From assembly GCA_965277805.1 (NCBI GenBank), contig OZ255842.1, positions 4,160,001-4,224,000 on the forward strand: 64,000 nucleotides of DNA, given 5' to 3'. This document shows, in pieces, positions 54,914-64,000 of the stretch. The notes under the pieces were generated by a model, which worked only from the letters and a program-made list of their open reading frames with translations, had not been told where the DNA came from and ran no database searches. Numbering within the stretch: the first letter of the stretch is position 1; each line of letters opens with the position of its first letter. The translations under genes and the position numbers were made by a program. The stretch comes from Candidatus Lustribacter sp. GTDB taxonomy: Bacteria > Vulcanimicrobiota > Vulcanimicrobiia > Vulcanimicrobiales > Vulcanimicrobiaceae.

Positions 54914-55921
54914 GTGCCGTCGCTCGAACTCTCCGCCGAACCACTCGAGTTACCGCTCGTGCACACGTTCACGATCGCGCGCTCCTCGGAGAGCGTCGCG
55001 CGCACGGTCCTCATCCGCGTGCGCTGGGGCGAGATCGACGCGCTCGGCGAGAGCTCACCGAATCCGCGCTACGACGAAAGCGTTGAAAGCGTCATGGCCG
55101 GCTTGCATGCGCGCGCGCTCGGCAACGATCCCTACGCGCTCGACGCGCTGCTGACCGGATTGCCGCCCGCGCAACGCTGCGGGCTCGACGTCGCGCTGCA
55201 CGATTGCATCGCAAAAGACGTCGACCGTCCGCTCTGGCGTTTGCTCGGCATCGATCCCGCCCGCACGCCGCTGACCTCGTTCACCGTCGGCATCGCACCG
55301 CTCGATGAGATGCTGACGAACGTGCGCGAGATCGGCACGCATCCGGTGCTCAAGGTCAAGCTTGGCGCCGGTGCGGAAATAGACACCATGGCAGCCATCC
55401 GGTCGATCTACGGCGGTACGATCCGGATCGATGCAAACGAAGCCTGGACACCGGAATCATCGGTGGCCATCCTCAACGAGCTCGAACGCTTCGACATCGA
55501 GTTCTGCGAACAGCCGATCCCGGCCGGCACGCCGGAGCGGTTACGCTGGATCCGGGAGCGCACGTCGATCCCGATCGTCACCGATGAAGATTCGAAAGAT
55601 GCAAACGACCTCTTCGCGCTGGCCGGCTGCGTCGACGGCATCAATGTCAAGCTGGTGAAGTGCGGCGGGATTCGCGGGGCGCTCGCGATGATCCACACCG
55701 CGCGCGCACTCGGTTTGAAAGTGATGCTCGGCTGCATGGTCGAGAGCGCGATCCTCTCGACGGCCGCGGCGCACCTCTCGCCGCTCGTCGATTGGGCCGA
55801 TCTCGACGGGCCGTTCCTCGTCGCTCGCGATCCATTTGACGGCATGCGTTACGCCAACGGCAAGATCGTGCTGCCCGACGGTCCGGGACTCGGCGTTGTC
55901 GAGAAAGCGGTGGCGGCATGA
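54914..55921 (+). CDS. Dipeptide (L-Ala-D/L-Glu) epimerase / DgcA-like enolase-superfamily racemase
   Basis: FTIAR, KVKLG, IDANE, EQP, DED, VKLVKCGG, GCM, DLDG. Confidence 0.92.
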   Translation: MPSLELSAEPLELPLVHTFTIARSSESVARTVLIRVRWGEIDALGESSPNPRYDESVESVMAGLHARALGNDPYALDALLTGLPPAQRCGLDVALHDCIAKDVDRPLWRLLGIDPARTPLTSFTVGIAPLDEMLTNVREIGTHPVLKVKLGAGAEIDTMAAIRSIYGGTIRIDANEAWTPESSVAILNELERFDIEFCEQPIPAGTPERLRWIRERTSIPIVTDEDSKDANDLFALAGCVDGINVKLVKCGGIRGALAMIHTARALGLKVMLGCMVESAILSTAAAHLSPLVDWADLDGPFLVARDPFDGMRYANGKIVLPDGPGLGVVEKAVAA

Positions 55922-56988
55922 CGCGGCGCTACGTCGTTTTCGCGCCCGGCGCGTTCGGCGGCCGCGCGGCGAAGACGGCGCACGGCGTGATCGGCTACTC
56001 GCGCGACACGGTCGTGGCGGTCGTCGACCCGGAGCATGCGGGCAAACGCGTGCGCGAGGTCGTTCCCTACTTGAACTCCGATGCGCCGATCGTCGCGACC
56101 GTGCGCGAGAGCTTGCGCTTTGAACCGACGGCGCTGCTGATCGGGATCGCACCGCCGGGCGGCGCGTTGCCGCCGGCGTATCGCGCCGAAATCAAAATCG
56201 CGATCGAGTCGCGGCTGGAAATCGTGAACGGCCTGCACGCGTTCCTCAACGAGGATCCCGAGATGCGCGCGCTGGCCGACAAGCACGACTCGCGGATCTG
56301 GGACTTGCGCCTGCCGCCCGCCGCACCGCTCTTTTCCGGCGCGGCGTACGACGTGACGAGCCGCATCGTGCTGACGGTCGGCAGCGATTGCGCGGTCGGC
56401 AAGATGACTGCGGCGCTCGAGCTCACGCGCGCGGCGCAAGCGGCCGGAACCGCGTCCGAATTCATCCCGACGGGACAAACCGGCATCGCGATCGCGGGCT
56501 GGGGCACGTCGGTCGATCGCGTCATTGCAGATTTTGCCAGCGGCGCATCGGAACAGCTCGTGCTCGAAGGGGATCGGCGCATCAGCGCGCGCGACGGCAT
56601 TCTTTTCGTAGAAGGTCAGGGCGGCATCGCGCATCCCGGCTACGCGCCGGTCACGCTGGCGCTGCTCTACGGCTGCGCGCCCGACGCGCTCGTGCTCGTG
56701 CATCTCGTGACGCGCACGAAGGTCGACGGTTACGACATCCCGTTGCCGGGCTATCGCGCGCTGATTCGCACCTACGAAGGCTTGTGCGCGAACGTCAAGC
56801 CGGCGCGCGTGGCCGGCATCGCGCTGAACACGCACGGACTCGACGATGCCGCCGCGCGCGCGGCGATCGCCGAAGCGCGCGAGCAAACGGGCCTGCCCTG
56901 CGACGATCTCGTGCGCTTCGGACCCGACGCTTTCTACGCCGCCATCGCTCCGCAGATCGGAAAGACGCCGGTTCGCACGGATGGGTGA
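55918..56988 (+). CDS. DUF1611 protein (DgcN-like D-glutamate N-acetyltransferase family)
   Basis: KTAHGV, NGLH, GSDCAVGKMT, TGQTG, DFASG, VEGQG, HPGY. Confidence 0.9.
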   Translation: MTRRYVVFAPGAFGGRAAKTAHGVIGYSRDTVVAVVDPEHAGKRVREVVPYLNSDAPIVATVRESLRFEPTALLIGIAPPGGALPPAYRAEIKIAIESRLEIVNGLHAFLNEDPEMRALADKHDSRIWDLRLPPAAPLFSGAAYDVTSRIVLTVGSDCAVGKMTAALELTRAAQAAGTASEFIPTGQTGIAIAGWGTSVDRVIADFASGASEQLVLEGDRRISARDGILFVEGQGGIAHPGYAPVTLALLYGCAPDALVLVHLVTRTKVDGYDIPLPGYRALIRTYEGLCANVKPARVAGIALNTHGLDDAAARAAIAEAREQTGLPCDDLVRFGPDAFYAAIAPQIGKTPVRTDG

Positions 56989-58618
56989 ATGCGGCCGCCG
57001 CGTCGCCGCCGCCTGGGTGCTTGCAGGCCTCATCGCGCTAACCGGTTGCACGCGTGTTACGAGCACGTCCGCCGGCGGCGGCCTGCACCCGTGGACGCAG
57101 CCCGATAACTTGCGCTTGGCGAGCACGGACGAACCGGATTCGCTGAACAAGCTCTTCGCCAACAGCGATGCGAGCGATCAGGTCGCGAACCTGATCTCCG
57201 CGCCGATCTTCCGTTACGACGATGCGGGCAACTACGTGCCCGAGATGGCGCTGACCGTGCCGACGCTGCAGAACGGCGGGATCAGCCGCGACGGAAAGAC
57301 GATCGTGCTGCACTTGCGCAAAGGGATGCAGTGGGAGGACGGCGCGCCGCTCGACGCGCGCGACCTGCGCTTCACTTGGCAAGCCGTGATGAACCCGCAC
57401 AACAACACGCGCCTGCGTTCGGGCTGGGACGACATCACCGCGATCGATCTGCCCGACGACGACACCGCGATCGTGCACTTGCGCGAACCGTACGCGGCGA
57501 TACTCGGCATCTTCGCCCTCGGCGGCGCCGGCTATCCGCCGCTGCCCGCGCATGTGCTCGCAAAGCTGCCCGATCTCAACAAAGCGCCGTTCAACGCACA
57601 GCCGCTCTCGAGCGGGCCCTACGTGCTGCGGCGCTGGAATCACGGCTCCTCGCTCGAGTTCGACGCCAACCCGCGCTACTGGCGCGGTAAACCGGCGATC
57701 GCGCACATCACCTATCGCATCATTCCCAACGCCGACACGCTGTTCAACGCCCTGATCACGCACGAGGTCGACATCGACGTCGACAGCATTACCGAAACGC
57801 AGATCGCGCGGCTCGGCATGCTGACCGGATACGCAACGCAGAAGCGTCTGACGGCCAACTACCGCCACATCACGTTCAACACGCGCAAGCCCACGCTCAG
57901 CGACGTGCGCGTCCGCAAGGCGATCGCCGAGGCCGTCGACTGGGATCGTCTCAACGCGACGGTCTTCCACGGCTATAACGAACGCGCGACGACCGACATC
58001 ATGCCGACGTCGTGGGCGGCGCCGAAGATCCCGGCGTATCCGTACGATCTCGCGGGGGCAAAGCGCTTGCTCGACGCCGCCGGCTGGGTTCCCGGCGCGG
58101 GCGGCATCCGGCGGCGCAACGGCGTGCCGCTCTCCATCGACATCTCGACGACGCCGTCCAAGCCGGCCAACGTGCAGGCCGAGGTCGTGATGCAGCAAGA
58201 GCTGCACGCGGCCGGCATCGACCTGCGCGTGCGCAACTACCCGACGAGCTTGCTGTTCGCGCAAGATGGGCCGCTCTACGGCGGCACCTACGATCTCTCG
58301 CTCACGATCGATACCAACGCGCCCGATCCCGACAACGAAGGCGAATGGAGCGGCGCGTTCATCCCGCCGCACGGCGCCAACACGACCTTCCTCAACGATC
58401 CCATCATCACCGCGACGAGCCACGCCGCCGCGCAAACGTTCGATCAGACGACGCGCAAGGAACTCTACGCGCGCGAGGAAGCGCGCATTCACGAACTCGT
58501 GCCGGCGGTCTTCCTGTACTGGCAGATCGCCTACGCCGCGTACAACAGCGACCTCAAGCACTATCGCGCCGCGCAGTACCTCTCGAGCAACTGGAACGCC
58601 TGGGAGTGGTCGTTCTAG
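56981..58618 (+). CDS. Peptide/nickel ABC substrate-binding lipoprotein (family 5)
   Basis: Lipobox LTGC; WEDGAP, GPY, NPRYW, VRKAIA, LLDAAGW. Confidence 0.92.
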   Translation: MGECGRRVAAAWVLAGLIALTGCTRVTSTSAGGGLHPWTQPDNLRLASTDEPDSLNKLFANSDASDQVANLISAPIFRYDDAGNYVPEMALTVPTLQNGGISRDGKTIVLHLRKGMQWEDGAPLDARDLRFTWQAVMNPHNNTRLRSGWDDITAIDLPDDDTAIVHLREPYAAILGIFALGGAGYPPLPAHVLAKLPDLNKAPFNAQPLSSGPYVLRRWNHGSSLEFDANPRYWRGKPAIAHITYRIIPNADTLFNALITHEVDIDVDSITETQIARLGMLTGYATQKRLTANYRHITFNTRKPTLSDVRVRKAIAEAVDWDRLNATVFHGYNERATTDIMPTSWAAPKIPAYPYDLAGAKRLLDAAGWVPGAGGIRRRNGVPLSIDISTTPSKPANVQAEVVMQQELHAAGIDLRVRNYPTSLLFAQDGPLYGGTYDLSLTIDTNAPDPDNEGEWSGAFIPPHGANTTFLNDPIITATSHAAAQTFDQTTRKELYAREEARIHELVPAVFLYWQIAYAAYNSDLKHYRAAQYLSSNWNAWEWSF

Positions 58619-58637
58619 TGCTGAGCGCCCTCGAAGC

Positions 58638-59519
58638 ATGCTGAACATCGTCGAAGCGACGGGGCTGCGTACGGAACTGCGCGTGCTGCGGTCGGCAACG
58701 GCGATCGTGTCGTGGAATACGGCCTCACCGGTCGATACGCTCGAACTCACCGTCGATACCGGAACCGGCTTGCGTTCGCGGCCGCTGCCCTACGTCGTGT
58801 TCGAAGCCGGCCGCCGCGCCTCGCTCGACGGCTTCGATAACGTCGCCAAGATCGTCACCGACATCGTGAGCGCGCCCGGCGAAATCGTCGCGGTGCACGT
58901 GCAGTCGCATCGGCCGCTCATCCGGGTGGCCGCTTCGACGCGGCCGCCGGAGGCCGCGCGCGATGCGCCGCCGGCCGAAGCCGCGCGGCGCGAATTGGAC
59001 GTGCCCGAACTCTCGCAGTACGTCGATGCGTTCCCAAACGAGCGCGGCTGGTGCACGGCCGCATCCGTCGCGATGCTCGCCGGAACGTTCGGCGTGAGCG
59101 CGAGCGTCGACGCGGTTGCCGCCGCGATCTACGACCGCGCCTACAAAGGCACGGGGAATTGGGCGTTCGCGGTCGCGTACGCCGGCGCGGCCGGGCTCGC
59201 CGGCGCCGCAACGTACCTGCGCGATCTCGTGAACGTGGAGCGTTTCATTGCGGCGGGCTTGCCGCTTGCGCTGAGCGTGTCGTGGAGCGCCGGTTCACTG
59301 CCCGGCGCGCCGCTCGAACGTTCCGACGGCCACGTGCTCGTGGTGCGCGGGTTCGACGCCGGCGGTGACGTGATCGTCAACGACCCGGCCCAACCGGCCG
59401 TTCGGCACGTGTACGAACGCGCGGCATTCGCGCGCGCGTGGCTCGATCACGGCGGCGTCGCGCTGCTCGTCGCGCCGCCCGAGCGCATCGACGATCTGCT
59501 GCGCTGCGCGAACGCATGA
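58638..59519 (+). CDS. C39-like cysteine peptidase
   Basis: WCTAASVAM (Cys), GNWAFA, DGHVLVVRGF (His), VNDPA (Asp). Confidence 0.82.
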   Translation: MLNIVEATGLRTELRVLRSATAIVSWNTASPVDTLELTVDTGTGLRSRPLPYVVFEAGRRASLDGFDNVAKIVTDIVSAPGEIVAVHVQSHRPLIRVAASTRPPEAARDAPPAEAARRELDVPELSQYVDAFPNERGWCTAASVAMLAGTFGVSASVDAVAAAIYDRAYKGTGNWAFAVAYAGAAGLAGAATYLRDLVNVERFIAAGLPLALSVSWSAGSLPGAPLERSDGHVLVVRGFDAGGDVIVNDPAQPAVRHVYERAAFARAWLDHGGVALLVAPPERIDDLLRCANA

Positions 59520-60034
59520 CGATGCAGCCCGAAGCGCGCATCGTTGCGCTGCGCGAGGTCGACGACGCGCCGCTGCACGTCGTTTTGGTCGAACCCGAGA
59601 TCCCGCCCAACACCGGCAACATCGCGCGCATGTGCGCCGCGACCGGCTGCGCGCTGCACCTCATCGAGCCGTTGGGGTTCGCGATCGACGACCGCGCGCT
59701 CAAGCGCGCCGGGCTCGACTACTGGCATGCCGTACGGCTCGTGGTGCATCCCTCGCTCGAGGCGTTTCTCGCCGCCTTCCCGGCGGCGCGCTGCTGGTGG
59801 ATCGAGACGACCGGCGCCGTACCCTACGCGCGCGCGCCGTTCGGGCGCGGCGATGCGCTGGTGTTCGGCAAGGAAACGGGCGCGTTGCCGCAACCACTGC
59901 TCGACGCGCATCGCGCCCGCACGTTACGCATCCCGATGCGCGGCACGGCGGTGCGCAGCATCAATCTCTCGACCGCCGCCGGCATCGTCACCTATGCGGC
60001 CCTGGCGGCGCTCGACTTTCCCGGTTTAGCCTGA
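59516..60034 (+). CDS. trmL: tRNA (cytidine/uridine-34-2'-O)-methyltransferase
   Basis: PEIPPNTGNI, RAGLDYW, FGKET, RSINLS. Confidence 0.94.
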   Translation: MTMQPEARIVALREVDDAPLHVVLVEPEIPPNTGNIARMCAATGCALHLIEPLGFAIDDRALKRAGLDYWHAVRLVVHPSLEAFLAAFPAARCWWIETTGAVPYARAPFGRGDALVFGKETGALPQPLLDAHRARTLRIPMRGTAVRSINLSTAAGIVTYAALAALDFPGLA

Positions 60035-60835
60035 GGCGCCGGCATAACGTGGAGCGAGCGTGGGTTTGTTCCCAGCCATAAATACCGCCCGCTGGGCCTC
60101 GCCGATCTTCTCGAACATGGAAGGATCGTCCAGACCTGGGATGCAGACGACTTCGTCGCGAGCGAGCGCGGCAAGCGAACCCGACACCAAGTCGTCGGCC
60201 GACATCATGGGCGGAAGCGTTGTCGCGTCAATCCCTTGCACGGTCAGAAACTCGGTCGATACCAGGCCCGGCAGGCAGACCTGGACCTTCACACCGGTAC
60301 CGGCCAGTTCGTGAGCAAGCGTTTGGGTAAACGTGACGAGGTATGATTTTGTCCCGGCGTAAGTCGCGCGTATCGGAAGTTTTCCGGGAACGGGCGGCAG
60401 CGTTCCGCTCATCGCGAGGAGCGATGCAACGTTGATGACGGCACCGGATCCGCGGCTGACCATTCCGGGGAGTGCCGCACGCAGCAGCCGGGTAGGAGTT
60501 ACGACCATGAGGCGGATCAACTCGTCGGCTTGCTCCGGTTCGAGCTGAACGAACGGCTTGTAGCCGCCGAATCCGGCATTGTTGACGAGCAAAGAAATCG
60601 GCTCGTCGCTTTGCAAGAGCCGTGCTTCAACCTTCGCGACATCTTGTGAACGCGTGAGATCAGCGGTAAGTACCTCCACGCGCACGCTCGAACGCAGCCG
60701 CTCAGCCAGCGCTTCCAGCCGGTCGCGCCGTCGCGCGACGGCGACCAGATCGAAGCCAGCGAGCGCTAGTTGCTCTGCGAACGCGAGGCCGATGCCCGAT
60801 GAAGCGCCCGTAACCAGAGCGCGCTGTCGAGACAC
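60026..60835 (-). CDS. Short-chain dehydrogenase/reductase
   Basis: TGASSGIG, NNAG, YAGTK. Confidence 0.92.
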   Translation of the reverse strand: MSRQRALVTGASSGIGLAFAEQLALAGFDLVAVARRRDRLEALAERLRSSVRVEVLTADLTRSQDVAKVEARLLQSDEPISLLVNNAGFGGYKPFVQLEPEQADELIRLMVVTPTRLLRAALPGMVSRGSGAVINVASLLAMSGTLPPVPGKLPIRATYAGTKSYLVTFTQTLAHELAGTGVKVQVCLPGLVSTEFLTVQGIDATTLPPMMSADDLVSGSLAALARDEVVCIPGLDDPSMFEKIGEAQRAVFMAGNKPTLAPRYAGASG

Positions 60836-60976
60836 TGCCAAGCGGTTCTCCCGTGGACGTAGGTTAAAGGTAACTTGAAAATTCGCTGCGCGGTCACGGC
60901 CTTCCGCTCGATTTCGGGCGCGCGCGCTCAACGCCCATCATCCGATAAATCGATTATACGCATTCCGGAAATGTGA

Positions 60977-61855
60977 TTACGAGGGCGATGGCAGGGCCGA
61001 AATCGCATCTTGCACGGCGCCGCGAATCGCATCAGCCTGGATCGGCGCGATATGGTTTACGACCGTCGGTTGCAGGCTCAACGCGTGCTTTAGGCAGTCG
61101 TAGGTTTGCAGCGATATGTGGGCCGTGGTTTGCGCGTTGGTGGCGCCGGTGGCAACGCGCGTGGTGTCGAGCGTGCCCCAGATCAGCGTTTGGGTGCCGG
61201 TCGTCGTGCATAGCGCCACGCTGTTGTTGTTGGGGTCGACCGCGGCCGAACCGCTCGCCGTGACGACGCGGAAGCCGCGCTGCTGCAACGTGTCGATCAG
61301 CGCCTGATGCGCGATCGCGCGATCGCCGTCGGCTGCGGATCCCGTGACGGTCAGCACTGCAAAGCCGCTCGCCGGCGCCGGCGTGATCAAGTCGAGGCCC
61401 GCGGCCGCGGTGCCAGGCGTGGGCGTGGCCGCAGTTTGCATCAGCTCGTCGCGCACTTGCACGCCTTGACCCGAGATGTCGTCGACGTTACGGAATTGGA
61501 ACATGCGCGACCAGACGACGGTGCCGCTGTGCGTGCTCACGAGATTCTCGATCGCCGAGAAGCCCGCGCCGACCGGCACGATCGAACCGCTGAAGTAGAG
61601 GTCGGCTCCGGCCGCGCGCGCGGCAGCGCGATACTCCGCCGGCTTCGCCGTGTTGGCGCCGAAGTCGACGCGCACGCCCCCGAGCGCCGTCACCTCGGCA
61701 GCGATCTTGGCGCTGACCCGGCTGCCGAGGTCGCCAGGCGCCGAACCGCTCACCGCAAAGGGAAAGACGACCAGCACCGGCGGTGCTGCGGAGAGCGGGA
61801 GCGCGGCGAGCGGGACCACGAGGACGGCGAGTGCGACCAGCAGACGGCGAAGCAT
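60977..61855 (-). CDS. Secreted hypothetical protein with two tandem alpha/beta (TolB-N/CsgG-like) modules
   Basis: Signal peptide; internal duplication pattern (VVFPF...GADLYFSGSI and AVLTV...GTQTLIWGTL). Confidence 0.7.
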   Translation of the reverse strand: MLRRLLVALAVLVVPLAALPLSAAPPVLVVFPFAVSGSAPGDLGSRVSAKIAAEVTALGGVRVDFGANTAKPAEYRAAARAAGADLYFSGSIVPVGAGFSAIENLVSTHSGTVVWSRMFQFRNVDDISGQGVQVRDELMQTAATPTPGTAAAGLDLITPAPASGFAVLTVTGSAADGDRAIAHQALIDTLQQRGFRVVTASGSAAVDPNNNSVALCTTTGTQTLIWGTLDTTRVATGATNAQTTAHISLQTYDCLKHALSLQPTVVNHIAPIQADAIRGAVQDAISALPSPS

Positions 61856-61901
61856 CCGCGCACCATTAGCGAGAGACCACGCCGCTCATGCCGAAGCATG
61901 C

Positions 61902-62606
61902 GTGATGACGACGCAAGCACGCGCGATCGACGCGATCCAACGACGGGTCATCGCTTGCGAGCGCTGTCCCGAACTGGTGACCTATCGCGCAGACGTCGCA
62001 CGCGAGAAGCGCCGCGCCTACCGCGATCACGACTACTGGGGCAAACCCGTCCCCGCGTTCGGCGATCCGCTGGCGCACGTACTGCTGGTTGGTCTCGCGC
62101 CCGGCGCGCACGGCAGCAACCGGACGGGCCGCATGTTCACGGGCGATGCGTCCGGCGAGTGGCTGTACCGCGCGCTGCACCGCGCCGGCTTCGCCAGCCA
62201 AGCACGCCAAGTCGACCGCAACGACGGCATGGTGTTGACTGACGCGTTGATCACCGCCGCCGTGCGCTGCGCGCCGCCGGGCAATAAACCCACCACCGAA
62301 GAGCGCGCTGCCTGCATGCCGTTCCTCGCAGAAGAGCTGGCCGCGCTGCGTAATCTGCGCGTGATCGTCACGCTCGGCAAAATCGCCGACGACACCGTGC
62401 ACCGCATCGTAAAAGCTACCGGCACCTATCGCTCGCCGCGCGCGATCTTCAAGCACGGAGCGGAGACGCAGATCACGCTGCCGGGTTCGCCCGACGCAAC
62501 GATCCTCGCGTCGTATCATCCGAGCCAGCAGAACACGAGCACGAAAGTGCTCACCGAACCGATGCTCGACGCGATCTTCACCCGCGCCCGCGAACTCGCC
62601 GGATGA
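61902..62606 (+). CDS. Family-5 uracil-DNA glycosylase (UdgB-like, Fe-S)
   Basis: CERCPEL, GLAPGAHGSNRTGRMFTGD, RCAPP, YHPSQQN. Confidence 0.92.
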   Translation: MMTTQARAIDAIQRRVIACERCPELVTYRADVAREKRRAYRDHDYWGKPVPAFGDPLAHVLLVGLAPGAHGSNRTGRMFTGDASGEWLYRALHRAGFASQARQVDRNDGMVLTDALITAAVRCAPPGNKPTTEERAACMPFLAEELAALRNLRVIVTLGKIADDTVHRIVKATGTYRSPRAIFKHGAETQITLPGSPDATILASYHPSQQNTSTKVLTEPMLDAIFTRARELAG

Positions 62607-62630
62607 GCGCCGTCATTGGCCCCATGGGGC

Positions 62631-64000
62631 TTAGCGGATCAAGGTGCCGTCGGGGTCGACGCTGACGCCGTAATCGCTTGCGGCTGCTTCGGGGGTGATG
62701 TAGCCGCGTTTGAGATCGAGCGCGATCGCATCGAGCGAGCGCCCGCGCGGATCGCCGTAGCCGCCGCCGCCGCCGGTTTCGATGATCACGCTGTCGCCGG
62801 CTTGCAGCGGGTAGCCCTCGACCTTCGAGGCGACTTCTTCGCGGCCGTCTTTGCGGCGCACGATGGCGCGCCCGGGTTTGGCCGTGCCGCCGCCGAGCAC
62901 GCCCCACGGCGGACAGCGCAGGCGCTCGTAGTTCGTGTTGAGCGTGCAATCGGCCAGCACGCGATAGCGTTTGCGAAAGCCCATGCCGCCGCGATAGGTG
63001 CCCGCACCGCCGGAATCTTCGCGCAGCGAAAACTCTTCGAGCAGATACGGATACATCGATTCTTGCAATTCGACCGGGATGATGCGCGTGTCGCCGTGCG
63101 CCATCGTGCGAAACGGACCGGCTCCGTCGTGCGTCGCGCACGCGCCCCAGCCGCCGTGGCCCGAGTCGTAGCATTGAAACGGCGAGCCGTCGGGATTCTT
63201 GCCGATGAAGCGCAAGGATGAGAACGTGCCGAAGTGCGCGCCGGTGACGCGCGCAGGCAGCGCGTGCTCGAGCGCCTTGATGAACGTGTCGATGATCGTC
63301 GGGAACGGGAACGAGTAGTTGCTCATCGGCGCGGTCTGCTTCGCGCTGATCAGCTTACCGTCGGGCAAGATCAGCTTAATCGGGCGGAACATCCCTTCGT
63401 TCGCCGGTTCATCGACGGCGATGAGATACTTGAACGCAACACGCGCAACGGTTCGGCCGCCGCCGTAGCGGCCGGAGTTGATCGAGCCCGGCACCTCGTC
63501 GGCCATCTCGGAAAAGTCGACGGTGAGGTCGTCGCCGGCGACGATCACCTTCACCTTGATCGGGATGTTTTCCAAACCCGCGCCGTCGTCGTCGAGGAAC
63601 GATTCGGCCGCATACGTGCCGTCGGGAATCGCGCGAATCTTCTCGCGCGCGGCGGCTTCGGTTTGATCGAGGATCGTCGCGACCGCGCTCAGGTACGTCG
63701 GCACGCCGTATTTATCGGCGACGCGTCCGGTGAGATCGCAGCCGAGCAGACAGCCCGCAAGCTGCGCGCCGATGTCGCCCATCACCTCGAGCGGAAACCG
63801 CGTATTGCTCTCGATGATGCGGTACATCTCTTCGACCGGTTCGCCGTTCGACCACAGCTTGACGGTGCGCAGCTGCAGGCCTTCCATGAAGATGTCGCGC
63901 GCTTTCATCGAGAGCGAGCCGACGGTCATGCCGCCGATGTCGAACCAGTGCGCGTTGATCGCGAAGAAGCCGATCAGCTCTTGGCGCTGCGGCCCGGCGT
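62631..64000 (-). CDS. Hydantoinase B / 5-oxoprolinase subunit, partial (5' end beyond window)
   Basis: HWFDIGG, EGL, DSGGAGTYRGG, TGGGGGYGDP. Confidence 0.92.
   Translation of the reverse strand, partial: AGPQRQELIGFFAINAHWFDIGGMTVGSLSMKARDIFMEGLQLRTVKLWSNGEPVEEMYRIIESNTRFPLEVMGDIGAQLAGCLLGCDLTGRVADKYGVPTYLSAVATILDQTEAAAREKIRAIPDGTYAAESFLDDDGAGLENIPIKVKVIVAGDDLTVDFSEMADEVPGSINSGRYGGGRTVARVAFKYLIAVDEPANEGMFRPIKLILPDGKLISAKQTAPMSNYSFPFPTIIDTFIKALEHALPARVTGAHFGTFSSLRFIGKNPDGSPFQCYDSGHGGWGACATHDGAGPFRTMAHGDTRIIPVELQESMYPYLLEEFSLREDSGGAGTYRGGMGFRKRYRVLADCTLNTNYERLRCPPWGVLGGGTAKPGRAIVRRKDGREEVASKVEGYPLQAGDSVIIETGGGGGYGDPRGRSLDAIALDLKRGYITPEAAASDYGVSVDPDGTLIR

Noticed and set aside
60944-60958. 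AATCGATT core upstream of the SDR as a third LacI operator
   Set aside because: Flanks lack the TCTG...CAGA arms shared by both operators.

Overview
High-GC bacterial chromosomal window with no rRNA, tRNA, CRISPR array or mobile element detected. The gene order and gene content suggest a Terrabacteria soil lineage, possibly Eremiobacterota/Vulcanimicrobiota; this is inference only. (1) 1-24.9 kb is a general-stress/desiccation island: a partial PP2C/SpoIIE phosphatase missed by the ORF track, a glgX-treZ-malQ-glgE-treS-glgB alpha-glucan/trehalose operon (GlgE carries a second intact GH13 domain), Mn-catalase, hemerythrin, DUF4142, HAD, Hsp20, an unknown 748-aa protein paired with a GH130, MntH and several small ORFs. 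Seven of these genes carry a GTTT-N16/17-(G/C)GGNAN-like SigB/SigF-type promoter, and four have GTTT exactly 31 nt before the start codon, which suggests leaderless transcripts. (2) 25.0-33.3 kb is a LacI-controlled orphan catabolic operon (atypical M24 enzyme, ThDP E1a/E1b, beta-hydroxyacid dehydrogenase, E2) with twin 18-bp operators. (3) 33.3-52.2 kb holds the F1Fo ATP synthase operon (b plus b'), wecB, a tagO-like gene, dCMP deaminase, upp and glyA, interrupted by an SBP / GGDEF-EAL / SBP block. (4) 52.2-64 kb holds an unannotated 6S RNA, photolyase, a dipeptide-epimerase/DUF1611/peptide-SBP/C39 peptidase/trmL unit, an SDR, family-5 UDG and a partial hydantoinase B/oxoprolinase.
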